Shown here piece after piece: positions 39,528 through 49,228 of a stretch of 64,000 nucleotides of DNA. A model generated the notes under the pieces. The model made no database searches and was not told the DNA's origin. It saw only the letters and a program-made list of their open reading frames with translations. This stretch comes from Thermoplasmata archaeon. Lineage in GTDB: Archaea > Thermoplasmatota > Thermoplasmata > Methanomassiliicoccales > Methanomethylophilaceae. Every line of letters starts with the position of its first letter. Position 1 is the stretch's first letter. Position numbers and translations under genes: made by a program. Where the stretch lies: the NCBI GenBank assembly GCA_015063245.1, contig SUSV01000003.1, forward strand, positions 98,751 through 162,750, written 5' to 3'.

Positions 39528-41383
39528 ACGGTCAAACCGACGGACAGGCCCCTCAGCCGAAGGGAGGGAAGCTTGCCGCAGGCAGGAAGGCAGGACCGCC
39601 CCAGACCGGGCCGATATGGTCCCGCAGGGATAGGCCCTATAATTTCTTCGGCTCGCTCAGGGCTCTCCTGAAATACCTCGGGAAGTACAAGTGGGGGATA
39701 TTCCTGGGCGTCCTGTGTGTCATGATCGGGTCGCTGCTGTCCGTCATCGGACCCCAGCTCCTGAAGGACATCTCCGACACCATCTACGACGGTATCGGCG
39801 GGGATATGGACATGGAGAGGATAGAGCATCTCACGCTTATCCTGATAGCCCTCTACGCCGGAAGCGTGCTGTTCAATACGATGGAGCATATCATCATACC
39901 GGTGGTCTCCCAGAAGGTCGCGAACAAGCTCCGTATGGACCTCATCCATAAGATCAACCTCCTGCCTCTGAACTTCTATGACAACAGCAGCACAGGGGAC
40001 GTCATGAGTCGTCTGACCAACGATGCAGATACGGTAGGGGAGCACAGCGGGATATCGTTCAGCCTCTTCGCATCGGCGCTCACCTCTCTGGTTGGCTGTG
40101 TCGTGATGATGTTCTACACCAACGTCACACTGGCATGCATCTGTATCCTCCCGCCTCTGCTGGGGTTCATCATCATGCGTCTGATCATCAGCCGTACACA
40201 GAAGTACTACGTGAGGCAGTCCAAGGACCTCGGTGCCATGAACGGGCTTGTCGAGGAGGTCTACTACGGACATAACATCGTCGCGGCCTACGGCAATGAG
40301 GAGCAATGCAGGAGAAGGTTCGAGGAGATCAACAACGACCTCTACAAGAGCAACTACAAGACAAGGTTCATCACCAGTTCCATCCCCCAGATGATGGGAT
40401 TCATAAGCAACCTGGGCTACGTCCTGGTGTGTGTGGTGGGTTCGATGATGATCATATCCGGCGAGATAACATACGGAGTGATCGTCGCATTCATCGTCTA
40501 TGTGAGATTATTCGGATTCCCGCTTCTCCAGATGTCCGAGGCTGTCGCCTCGCTGCAATCGGTGGCCGCATCGTCCGAACGTATATTCGATCTGCTGAAC
40601 GCGCCGGAGATGGAGGACGAGTCCTCCAAGAACATCGAGATCGACAAGGTGGTCGGATCGGTCGAGTTCAGGGACGTGTCGTTCAGCTACATCGAGGATG
40701 TCGAGATCATCCATCATTTCTCGATGGACGTCGAACCCGGTGAGAAGATCGCCATCGTCGGTCCGACAGGCGCCGGGAAGACCACGATAGTGAATCTCCT
40801 TATGAGATTCTACGAGGTCGATTCAGGGGATATCCTCATCGACGGGATATCGACCAAGGACCTCAGGAGGGACCAGGTCCATCGCATGTTCTCAATGGTG
40901 CTTCAGGACCCCTGGCTCTTCAATGGAACGGTAAGGGAGAACCTCGTGTTCAACAAGGACGGTGTCACACAGGAGGCGCTGGACGATGCCTGCAGGTCGG
41001 TCGGCATCTACGATTATATCCAATCACTTCCCGACGGTTACGATACGAAGATCAACGATTCGATCGGGATGTCCGCAGGACAGAGGCAGCAGATGACGAT
41101 AGCACGTTCCATCATCGCCGACGCCCCGATGGTGATATTTGACGAGGCGACAAGCTCTGTGGATACTCGCACCGAGAAGCAGATACAGAACGCGCTGGGG
41201 AAGCTCACCGACAACAGGACCTCCTTCATCATCGCCCACAGGCTGTCCACCATCATGGACTGCGACAAGATCATCGTCATGAAGGAAGGCAGGATCGAGG
41301 AGACCGGTTCGCACGAGGAGCTCCTGGCCAAGGGCGGGTTCTATTCCGAGCTGTATCGCAGCCAGTTCGAGAACTGCGATTGA
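39524..41383 (+). CDS. ABC exporter subunit B (TMD plus NBD; consensus Walker B)
   Basis: GPTGAGKT, MSAGQRQ degenerate signature, VIFDEAT, AHRL; ATGA overlap with subunit A. Confidence 0.93.
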   Translation: MNGQTDGQAPQPKGGKLAAGRKAGPPQTGPIWSRRDRPYNFFGSLRALLKYLGKYKWGIFLGVLCVMIGSLLSVIGPQLLKDISDTIYDGIGGDMDMERIEHLTLILIALYAGSVLFNTMEHIIIPVVSQKVANKLRMDLIHKINLLPLNFYDNSSTGDVMSRLTNDADTVGEHSGISFSLFASALTSLVGCVVMMFYTNVTLACICILPPLLGFIIMRLIISRTQKYYVRQSKDLGAMNGLVEEVYYGHNIVAAYGNEEQCRRRFEEINNDLYKSNYKTRFITSSIPQMMGFISNLGYVLVCVVGSMMIISGEITYGVIVAFIVYVRLFGFPLLQMSEAVASLQSVAASSERIFDLLNAPEMEDESSKNIEIDKVVGSVEFRDVSFSYIEDVEIIHHFSMDVEPGEKIAIVGPTGAGKTTIVNLLMRFYEVDSGDILIDGISTKDLRRDQVHRMFSMVLQDPWLFNGTVRENLVFNKDGVTQEALDDACRSVGIYDYIQSLPDGYDTKINDSIGMSAGQRQQMTIARSIIADAPMVIFDEATSSVDTRTEKQIQNALGKLTDNRTSFIIAHRLSTIMDCDKIIVMKEGRIEETGSHEELLAKGGFYSELYRSQFENCD

Positions 41384-41475
41384 GTTCGGTTCCGGAACCA
41401 TCGTCTGTATCTCCCTCAACCCCCGAATAGTTTTATATAAGGTATCGGCCTAACCCGCTTTATTCGGTGAATACT

Positions 41476-41667
41476 ATGGGAAGAATCAGACCCACGTACA
41501 TCAAGAGAGTTTCCATCGAGTTGCTCAACAAGTATCCTCAGGCTTTCACCAAGGATTTCGAGGGCAACAAGGAGATGGTCGCAACCCTCACAGATGTCTC
41601 ATCGGTGACAATGAGGAACAGGATCGCAGGTTACATCACCCGCTACCTGTCGCACCCTGAGGCATGA
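41476..41667 (+). CDS. rps17e: 30S ribosomal protein eS17
   Basis: MGRIRPTYIKR...DFEGNK...RNRIAGYITR. Confidence 0.96.
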   Translation: MGRIRPTYIKRVSIELLNKYPQAFTKDFEGNKEMVATLTDVSSVTMRNRIAGYITRYLSHPEA

Positions 41668-41702
41668 AAACGCCTTAACCTTCTATAGGTTCCGCAGCTT
41701 TT

Positions 41703-41779
41703 GCCCGTGTGGGGTAGCTTGGATATCCTGCAAGATTGCGGATCTTTTGACCCGGGTTCGAATCCCGGCACGGGCACCA
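41703..41779 (+). tRNA. tRNA-Arg(GCG)
   Basis: Acceptor GCCCGTG/CACGGGC, anticodon loop TTGCGGA, GGTTCGAATCC T-arm, encoded CCA. Confidence 0.93.
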
Positions 41780-41810
41780 TAATTCTGTCAGCGTTAGCTA
41801 TGTAAAACGA

Positions 41811-42113
41811 TCAGGCGAACCTGAATCTCCAGTTGATCAAGGGATGTCTGCGTAGATACGGTCTGCAGTACCTCATCGCTTCCTTCATCTTCTCCCTCAT
41901 CTCGTCGCTGTAGCACGGACAGGGGCATCTGCAGCAAGGGGTGCGCGTGAGATTGTTGGGGCATCTTCCGATGCGAACCTTCGCATATTCGAGAAGTTCC
42001 GTGCACTCGGGACAGAGGCCGTCAGAACCATGCATCCCGCTGCAGTACATATGGAGAAGATCCTCCAGGACCTGCTCCCTGTGAATTCTGAACTCCTCTG
42101 CTGTCTGCGACAT
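41811..42113 (-). CDS. YgbA/nitrous-oxide-stimulated-promoter-like Cys-rich protein
   Basis: MYC...H...LCPECTELLEYA...RCP...TPCCRCPCPCY...REKMKEAMRY...HP. Confidence 0.8.
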   Translation of the reverse strand: MSQTAEEFRIHREQVLEDLLHMYCSGMHGSDGLCPECTELLEYAKVRIGRCPNNLTRTPCCRCPCPCYSDEMREKMKEAMRYCRPYLRRHPLINWRFRFA

Positions 42114-42114
42114 C

Positions 42115-42498
42115 TCACTGCTTGTACTTGAACATGAAATCGGAGATGCAGAAGATGGTGTAGAGGAATGTCCCGATGAACATCAGCCAGATGCCGTATC
42201 CCACATCCACGAAGTTCTCAGCCTCGACGGCATCGGCGATGTCGACGTAGAGCATGGCAGTTATCACGATGGCCAGGATCCCGATGAAGACGTTGAAGAG
42301 CGCGCTCTTGGGGTTGACGGAGGGTTTGATGCTGCTGATCGCGACCATGAACACACATGCGAATACAATGATGTCGAACCAGGTGACGGAATCATTCTCC
42401 GTGTATGCCAATACCGATCCTATGAGCGCTATCAGCGCCCCGACCGCTGCTATGACGCCTACCAAGTTGAACCTGTGCTTCAGTTCTGCCGCGTTCAT
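42115..42498 (-). CDS. Small 4-TM membrane protein
   Basis: Four hydrophobic segments; ATGA overlap with the rqcH stop. Confidence 0.7.
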   Translation of the reverse strand: MNAAELKHRFNLVGVIAAVGALIALIGSVLAYTENDSVTWFDIIVFACVFMVAISSIKPSVNPKSALFNVFIGILAIVITAMLYVDIADAVEAENFVDVGYGIWLMFIGTFLYTIFCISDFMFKYKQ

Positions 42499-44426
42499 TC
42501 GCTTTCCTCCTCCTTCGGCCATTTCTCTCTGACTATTTCTATATCTCCCGGAGGGAGGATCCTGGAGATCTCCTCTTCAGGAACGTTGAAGCGCTTCGCC
42601 ATCTCTCCCGAGAGGCGCGTCTTGCTCTTGGCGGGGCGGATGATCAGCATCCTTTCGCAGTCCCTGAAGGCCTGCTCCGGTCCGCACATGATCTTCCTGG
42701 CACCTTGGAAATAGATCTCTCCGACGGCGAGTTCCATCGGGAGGTGATATTCATAGTTCCTCTTACCGCGAATGATGAATGCTCCGCGGGGAACGAACTC
42801 TCCGGGGTTGGGGGTCTTGCTGACCTGATCAGGGTAAACCCAATACGCGCTGCCCTCGGAGACGGCGGCGACCCATCCCTTGGACTGGGCGGTGGCGAAC
42901 TGACATGCCTGTCTCAGCTCCTCATTGGTGGCGGATGCACCGTCCTTGAGGATCGTGGAGGGGGCCCCGTGGATGTCCGTATGCGCGTAGAGGTCCTTCT
43001 CCTTGAGATGCTTCTTGACGACGCCGTCGTTGGTGTGGGCATCCCTTCCTGCGATGACGAGCTTGCCCTCGGATGTGAAGAACCACTTGAACCTCTCGAA
43101 CCAGAACTGCTTGGTGGGCTGTGCCTTTCCGGCATTGGCGATCCTCTGCTTCTCCAGTCCCTTCTCGAGCTTCGCCAGCTCCGCACGGCTCTGGTTAAGG
43201 GCCTCCTCGGCGTGCTTGCCCTTCTCACCGATCTCCTTGCTGTCTTGGTAGATGTCCGATGCGTTCGCATCTATGCCCTTGGTATAATCGAGAGTGATGA
43301 CCTCTCCTCCGAATTCCCCTGTCACGAGGTTCTTCGAGGGGTCTATGGATCTGACGTACGGGATCTTCATAGCTCCTTCCTTGAGCTTCTCCCATGTCAG
43401 CTTCTTGCTCTGCTCGTTCAGCACCTCGAGGAGCTGGCTGACCTTCTGGTAGTCGCTGTACAGCGCCTCAGCCTTCTTCTTGAGCTCGTCGCAGTGCATC
43501 CTGTACTCGTCGACGGTCTCCTCCTGCTTGGTGATCCTCCTGTTGAGCTTGAGGACCTCGGGGTCGACGTAGTTCTCTTCCTCCTCCTCGGCGATCTGCT
43601 TCACGAACGCGTCGATGACCGCCGACATGCTGTCGAACCTTTTGCTCTCCAGGTCGTCGTGGGACGCCATCTGGATCGGGGCGAAGTCCTCGATCTTGCC
43701 GTCCTTGAGATAGGCGGTCGTCTCCGGGACATCGATGACATGCTTGACGATATCCTTGACCTCGAGGTACATCTTGGACAGCATATCATCCTGAACTTCC
43801 TTCGCCGGGAGCATCTTGTCCACTCCCGAGCGCTTGCATACCTCCTCGGCATACTGTCCTCCCAGATTCACCGCTGTCGCAAGTGTCCTGACGCAGTCCG
43901 CCTCGGACTCCCTGAACGCGGTCTTGAAATCATCCTCGGTGGACTCTATCGGGTTGAACCTGGGCTGCGGCCAAATGTACTCCTCCTTGGGGCGGACCTT
44001 ACGGTCCCTCATGGTCTTCTGGATGAGACACGTATCGATGATGCCGTCCTTGACGAGGAGGACGTTCCCTCCTCCGAAAATCTCGAAGATCAGCTTGTAC
44101 TCGGCATCGGCCTTCAGGAGCTCCATCTCGATGACCCTGTCGAATCCGATCTGCCTGACCTTCCCGATACGGGCGTTGTCGATGTACTTCCTGAGATATG
44201 TGGCGAACGATGTGGGCTGGATCGGTGTCTCCGGCTTCTGTGCCGGCGAGTACAGCCATTTCTTATCCTTGAAGAAGAGGTCCTTCTTCCCCTCTCCCTG
44301 CACATTGATGCGGAAGAGCACGTTTCCCGCACCCCACTGGAAGATCTTGTCCATGTGGGCGCCCTCGAGCTGAGACAGCTCTGTGGCGATGGAACGGACA
44401 TCGAAGGAACTCATCTCTTTCTTCAT
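42495..44426 (-). CDS. rqcH: Ribosome quality control factor Rqc2/RqcH (NFACT family)
   Basis: MSSFDV, FATYLRKY, IGFDRV, EIFGGGNVLL, coiled coil, WFERFKWF, AGRDAHTND, PGEFVPRGAFIIRG. Confidence 0.93.
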   Translation of the reverse strand: MKKEMSSFDVRSIATELSQLEGAHMDKIFQWGAGNVLFRINVQGEGKKDLFFKDKKWLYSPAQKPETPIQPTSFATYLRKYIDNARIGKVRQIGFDRVIEMELLKADAEYKLIFEIFGGGNVLLVKDGIIDTCLIQKTMRDRKVRPKEEYIWPQPRFNPIESTEDDFKTAFRESEADCVRTLATAVNLGGQYAEEVCKRSGVDKMLPAKEVQDDMLSKMYLEVKDIVKHVIDVPETTAYLKDGKIEDFAPIQMASHDDLESKRFDSMSAVIDAFVKQIAEEEEENYVDPEVLKLNRRITKQEETVDEYRMHCDELKKKAEALYSDYQKVSQLLEVLNEQSKKLTWEKLKEGAMKIPYVRSIDPSKNLVTGEFGGEVITLDYTKGIDANASDIYQDSKEIGEKGKHAEEALNQSRAELAKLEKGLEKQRIANAGKAQPTKQFWFERFKWFFTSEGKLVIAGRDAHTNDGVVKKHLKEKDLYAHTDIHGAPSTILKDGASATNEELRQACQFATAQSKGWVAAVSEGSAYWVYPDQVSKTPNPGEFVPRGAFIIRGKRNYEYHLPMELAVGEIYFQGARKIMCGPEQAFRDCERMLIIRPAKSKTRLSGEMAKRFNVPEEEISRILPPGDIEIVREKWPKEEESE

Positions 44427-44485
44427 GGTATGGGTCAGTGATGAGGTATGAGATAAACAAATCGGCCATTATGCAGGATAGGCGT

Positions 44486-44824
44486 TCAGAGCTGTGACCT
44501 GGCCCAGGGGACCGTATCCTCGTACTCCTCGCGTTCGAAGGAGAGCTGCTCCGGGAGTTCAGAGAAGAGCTTCGACCTCATCTCGCAGTCCTCCCTGACC
44601 TTCCTTCCCAATCTTGCCGCGCAGACGTCGCAGTAGCCGATGTCGCGGACTGCCACGACCTCGATCTCGTAGCCCGCCTCCTCAACGAACTCCCTCTTGG
44701 CGGCCTGCTCGGAGGTCTCCCCTTCCTCCACGTGCCCGCCGGGCATCTCCCACCCGTTACGCCTGCTGTGCCAGACCATAAGGAAACGGTCGCCGGAGAA
44801 GGCAATCGCATAGGATGTCCTCAA
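44486..44824 (-). CDS. NUDIX hydrolase
   Basis: GGHVEEGETSEQAAKREFVEEAG Nudix box; TTG start. Confidence 0.88.
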   Translation of the reverse strand: MRTSYAIAFSGDRFLMVWHSRRNGWEMPGGHVEEGETSEQAAKREFVEEAGYEIEVVAVRDIGYCDVCAARLGRKVREDCEMRSKLFSELPEQLSFEREEYEDTVPWARSQL

Positions 44825-44825
44825 G

Positions 44826-45497
44826 TCATTCCCTCCCTATAACGATCATCGCATGGGCCTTCTCGTAAGGGTCCAGCTGGAGGTCGTCGAGGATTCTGTA
44901 GCCCCTTTCGCGGATGGTCCTCTCCGCTTCCTTGAATATCGATTCGGGCGATGCGGTGACATCCTCGGAACGGGCCTTCACCGCTACCATCCCGTATTCC
45001 GCATCGAACGCATCCATGTTGTCGCAGAGGATCTTCGCCTGCATCTTCTGGGCGACATCCTGGTAGACTATATCCACTGAATCCGCGAACATCGAATACT
45101 CATCCGGCTTGGTCGCATCCCCGAGGATGGGCATCATGTTGGGGCGCGTCTCGCACGTCCCCACCAGCTCCCTGAACATCCTCTGAGCGAACTCCACGCA
45201 GTAAACCTTGCCTTCGGGGCAGATGTCCGCCACATGAGAGGGGGTCGTACCGCTGGATGCACCAAGATACAAAACGCTGGAGTCCTTCCTGAACGGGAAT
45301 CTCTTCCCGCCTACGGTGAGATAGGCCGATAGCTTGCTCCTTCTCGGGTCCCATTCGCGGTATTCGGTCCCTGAAAGGGTGAAGAGGCGCTCCCCATAGA
45401 TCCTCCTGCCGGGACATGCCGATATCGTGTAGAGGCGTCCGCGGTCTGAGAACACCATTCCGGAAGCGCAATCGAGAGACTCCATCGTTCCGCTCAT
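44826..45497 (-). CDS. flpA: Fibrillarin-like rRNA/tRNA 2'-O-methyltransferase
   Basis: YGERL, YREWDPRRSKL, LYLGASSGTTPSHVAD, VEFA, YQDVAQ, KARSED; ATG 45497 (45485 alternative). Confidence 0.94.
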   Translation of the reverse strand: MSGTMESLDCASGMVFSDRGRLYTISACPGRRIYGERLFTLSGTEYREWDPRRSKLSAYLTVGGKRFPFRKDSSVLYLGASSGTTPSHVADICPEGKVYCVEFAQRMFRELVGTCETRPNMMPILGDATKPDEYSMFADSVDIVYQDVAQKMQAKILCDNMDAFDAEYGMVAVKARSEDVTASPESIFKEAERTIRERGYRILDDLQLDPYEKAHAMIVIGRE

Positions 45498-45534
45498 GGT
45501 ATATTCTTTATAAAATCCTGTCAATCGACATGGT

Positions 45535-47142
45535 ATGATCACGATAGACACCCTTTCGGCCATTGCGGATGCCGTTGAGACCGAGATCGCGAAGATCCCG
45601 GACGCAAGATGCAGGGGAGATGAGATCTGCATCGGTGCAGACGGCACGCCCACATCCCGTATCGACAAGATGGCCGAGAATGCCGTTCTCATGTTCCTCG
45701 AGAGGGAGGATGTACCGCTCAACGTGCTGAGCGAGGAGATCGGTTTCGTGGACAGGGGTTATGATGAGACATTGGTCCTCGACCCCATAGACGGTTCCAA
45801 GAACGCGGTAGCGGGGCTTCCGTACTACACGGTGTCCTTGGGTGTCGGGAAGGATTCCCTATCCGGTCTTAGGCTGGCATATCTCCGTAACCTCGTCACC
45901 AAGGACAACTACTGGGCCGAGAAGGGCAAGGGTGCGTTCAAGAACGGCAAGCCCATCCATGTGCGCAAGCCTGATTTCAGCCAGCTCTTCGTCATGAACT
46001 ACACCGGGAAGTATGCCCATCCCGACGCATTCGCGCTTGCCAAGAAGGTCAATACCAGCCGCAATCTCGGATGCTCCTCGCTGGAGCTCGCAACCGTGGC
46101 CGAGGGTGAGGCCGATGCGTTCTGCGTGATATCCGCGAGCTATGTCCGCTGCGAGAGGATCGTCGACATAGCAGCATCCGTCCTGCTCTTGAGGGAGGCG
46201 GGAGGAGAGATATTCGACCTCGAGGGGAACGTCCTCGACATGCCTTTCAACCTCGAGCAGAGGAGCAACGCGGTCGCCGTCGGCGACAAGAGCGTGTTCG
46301 ACTACCTCATCAAGGGAAAGGATCCCGTCAAGGACCACAGATACGGCATCTATGCCAACACATCGCTCTCCATGGCCGTGGAATACACCAGACAGGTCAT
46401 GGATGCGCTGAAGGGCCACGAATACTTCGTGGACTCGCAGATCGCGGACATCATGGGCATCGAGGGCATCCCGCTCAAGGACATGGACGTCGATATCGTC
46501 ATCGTCGTCGGAGGCGACGGGACCCTGCTAAGGGTGCTGCAGCAGACCGATGCGATGGTCATAGGCATCAACGGGGGAAGCGTAGGGTTCCTCGCAGAGA
46601 TCGACAAGGACAACATCAAGGCCGGTATCGACCGTCTCCTCAGGGAAGATTACACTATAGAGACACGTTTCAAGCTCAGGTCATGGTACAACGGCGAGTA
46701 TCTTAAGGACTCGGTAAACGAGGCGCTCATCCACACCTCGTCGGTAGCCAAGATCCGCCATTACAAGATATATGTGGATGATGTCCTCGCCTGCGAGATG
46801 CGCTCGGACGGGGTGATCATCTCGACACCTACAGGCTCCACCTGCTACGCCATGAGCCTCGGGGCCCCTTACATGGACCCGCATGTCGATGCGCTGATGG
46901 TCGTGCCTATGGCGGCATACAAATCAACATCGAGGTCGTTCGTGGTCCCCTCAACAAGCAAGATCACCGTGGAATCCGTCCTCGACAAGGACTGCGTCAT
47001 AGTGCTGGACGGACAGGAGGAGATCCGCATGGAAGGACGTACCAAGGTCGATTTCGTGCTCTCCGACAAGAAGGCCAGGTTCATCAGGTTCGATATGGAT
47101 TTCTTCTCCAGGGTACGCGAGAAACTGGTGAACACCCTATGA
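45535..47142 (+). CDS. Bifunctional inositol monophosphatase-family NADP phosphatase/NAD kinase
   Basis: N-terminal LSEE...LDPIDGS (IMPase/FBPase family); C-terminal GGDGT, GSVGFL, NE, TPTGSTCYAMSLG (NAD kinase). Confidence 0.92.
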   Translation: MITIDTLSAIADAVETEIAKIPDARCRGDEICIGADGTPTSRIDKMAENAVLMFLEREDVPLNVLSEEIGFVDRGYDETLVLDPIDGSKNAVAGLPYYTVSLGVGKDSLSGLRLAYLRNLVTKDNYWAEKGKGAFKNGKPIHVRKPDFSQLFVMNYTGKYAHPDAFALAKKVNTSRNLGCSSLELATVAEGEADAFCVISASYVRCERIVDIAASVLLLREAGGEIFDLEGNVLDMPFNLEQRSNAVAVGDKSVFDYLIKGKDPVKDHRYGIYANTSLSMAVEYTRQVMDALKGHEYFVDSQIADIMGIEGIPLKDMDVDIVIVVGGDGTLLRVLQQTDAMVIGINGGSVGFLAEIDKDNIKAGIDRLLREDYTIETRFKLRSWYNGEYLKDSVNEALIHTSSVAKIRHYKIYVDDVLACEMRSDGVIISTPTGSTCYAMSLGAPYMDPHVDALMVVPMAAYKSTSRSFVVPSTSKITVESVLDKDCVIVLDGQEEIRMEGRTKVDFVLSDKKARFIRFDMDFFSRVREKLVNTL

Positions 47143-47513
47143 ACAGGATCAAGGGCGTCAGCATCGATTTCATCGACGGATTCAACGAATCTGCCAAATC
47201 CGCTTATCCCGACGAGTTCCTGTGCGTCCACAGGGAGATCGACGGCGTGATATCAGAGATGGTCATGCTGCCCGGAACGGTCTTCGGCGATGAGCACAGC
47301 TTCCTGAACCAATGGATGGAGCCAATCGATTACTCGATAGCCGGTTCGGCCCACTCCCATCCGGGATACAGCAACGAGCCCTCGGACGCGGACAAGGATT
47401 TCTTCAGCAACATGGGCGGGGTCCACTTCATAACCTGCCAGCCGTACGACCGCAGCAGCTGGAAGGCCTATGACTCCCGCGGGGAGCCTTTGGACATAGA
47501 GATAATTTACTGA
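47139..47513 (+). CDS. JAB1/MPN (JAMM) metalloprotease
   Basis: E...HSHPGYSNEPSDAD = E-xn-H-x-H-x7-S-x2-D. Confidence 0.88.
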   Translation: MNRIKGVSIDFIDGFNESAKSAYPDEFLCVHREIDGVISEMVMLPGTVFGDEHSFLNQWMEPIDYSIAGSAHSHPGYSNEPSDADKDFFSNMGGVHFITCQPYDRSSWKAYDSRGEPLDIEIIY

Positions 47514-48868
47514 CCGTTCACGCAGTTCACCATGAGGCTGTCGATGACCTCGATGAGACTGATGAGGTAGAGCCTGTCGTTGGATTCTGCATAGATGGTC
47601 ACGCCGTCGTCGGAGTTCCTGTCGAATTCGATGAAGAAGCTTCCCGACTCCATGTCGATCCTCCAGCCATCGTTCTCATAGATGCTCTTGGGATTGACGT
47701 TGCCGAGGTTCGCGTTCACGGCGCGGACGAAGTCGCTGCGGGTGCATGTGAACTTGTATGATTTCTTCTCGGTGTAGTATCTGGAGAACGATTTGACTAT
47801 CTTCTCCAGGTTGTTGTTGCTGCAGAACTGCGCCAGGATGGTGCAGGCATGGATGGCATCCGCGAACTGGCTGATGTCCTTGAAGATGAACCCTCCGTCG
47901 TAATAGCCCAGGTCGGCATCGGAATCGACCATCGCCTTGTGTATGCTGCCCACATCGGGGTGCGCGAGTATGATGTCCATCTTCTCGAGATCGGGCTCGG
48001 GATACGGCGTGTTCACCTTGAACTTCTGCCTCCCTTTGAAGATGTCCACGATGGCGGACGACACGTTCATGGGGACAACGACCTTGGCAGGCCTCAGGAA
48101 GAGCATGAGGGTCATCATGACCTGGTCGTCGGTCAGCGGGTTGCTGGACTCGTCGAAGACCCTCATGAGGGTCCCGATACGGTTGATCGATATCCCGATG
48201 GAACCGGCATCCGATGCAACCATGTCCCTCATATGATGGATGTCCGCTTCCTTGATCGATAAAGACTTGGTGATGAAGTCCCTGTCCTTCTGAGCGTTTA
48301 TGGAGATGACATCGGTCCCCATCCTGTTGAGGATCTGGGGCGCGGAATCCGTCGCCGTACCGCAGTTGCTGTTGAGGACGACGGTTCCGCCCGTGCTAGT
48401 CGGAAGGAGGCTCAGGAGCTTCTGGTTGTAGTCGTTAGTCGCATGGTAATATTCCTTCAGGGTTCCCAGGGATTTATAATCCGACAGTACGGGAGCTTTC
48501 ATGCACAGCTGCTCCAGATGTCTGATCTGTTCCTTTCCGAAGGGGCCTCCGTCCTTGTTGAGGAGAAGATATCCGCTGACGAGGTCCAGCTGGCGGAATT
48601 CGGTGATGTAGACGCAGCAGTCGCCCATCCTTGCGGCATATGCCGCGGCAGGGCCTGATACGATGCCTATGTCGATGACATCGGCTCCGGACGAGATAAG
48701 GCCGGAAATGAGGGCGTTCTTCATCATAGGGCTGCTCTTGATGAGATCCATCCCGACGATCACTTTGCTATGCTCAATCGCGAGGGCGTGACCCAATGCA
48801 ATTCCCATTTCAGGGGTCACATCTTCTGAAGGGGATGACCTCAACAGCAGCCTCACGTTGCTCTCCAT
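47507..48868 (-). CDS. Phosphohexomutase (PMM/PGM)-fold protein lacking catalytic motifs
   Basis: VTPEMGIALG, VIVGMD...SSPMMKNALISGL...GADVIDIG, VVLNSNCGTA conserved, but ITEFRQ replaces (T/S)ASHN and NRIGTL replaces DxDxDR; ATG 48868. Confidence 0.8.
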   Translation of the reverse strand: MESNVRLLLRSSPSEDVTPEMGIALGHALAIEHSKVIVGMDLIKSSPMMKNALISGLISSGADVIDIGIVSGPAAAYAARMGDCCVYITEFRQLDLVSGYLLLNKDGGPFGKEQIRHLEQLCMKAPVLSDYKSLGTLKEYYHATNDYNQKLLSLLPTSTGGTVVLNSNCGTATDSAPQILNRMGTDVISINAQKDRDFITKSLSIKEADIHHMRDMVASDAGSIGISINRIGTLMRVFDESSNPLTDDQVMMTLMLFLRPAKVVVPMNVSSAIVDIFKGRQKFKVNTPYPEPDLEKMDIILAHPDVGSIHKAMVDSDADLGYYDGGFIFKDISQFADAIHACTILAQFCSNNNLEKIVKSFSRYYTEKKSYKFTCTRSDFVRAVNANLGNVNPKSIYENDGWRIDMESGSFFIEFDRNSDDGVTIYAESNDRLYLISLIEVIDSLMVNCVNGQ

Positions 48869-49228
48869 GAGATTCCTTAGTGGATGACCGATGATAAATT
48901 CATTGCGGAAAACGGCACGATGGAGAGGCAATCCACACAGGTTGACTAAACCCTCCCCCGGTATCGGAGCCATTATATCTTAATAAGAAAATTATTAACA
49001 TTATACAATATCATTAATAATAATCGAGGGTTGGATGTAGGAAAATATGTCCGTTTTACCGATGCTTGGCTATACTTATCTTCCAACCAAAAACGGGTTC
49101 CGAGGGCAGAGCTCTAAAACTATTTGGATGTATAAAAGGACAGAAAACACTAGCCAGACGGTCATTTTTGCAAATAATCTTTAAATAGTTATTATAAAGA
49201 TACTTTTTACGGGGGCATTCTATTGGTA

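Noticed and set aside
42705-44441. 578-aa plus-strand ORF, and similar long ORFs 3179..4204, 12160..13413, 34438..35490, 50089..51006
   Set aside because: Antisense or off-frame shadows of well-supported genes; expected from biased GC-rich codon usage
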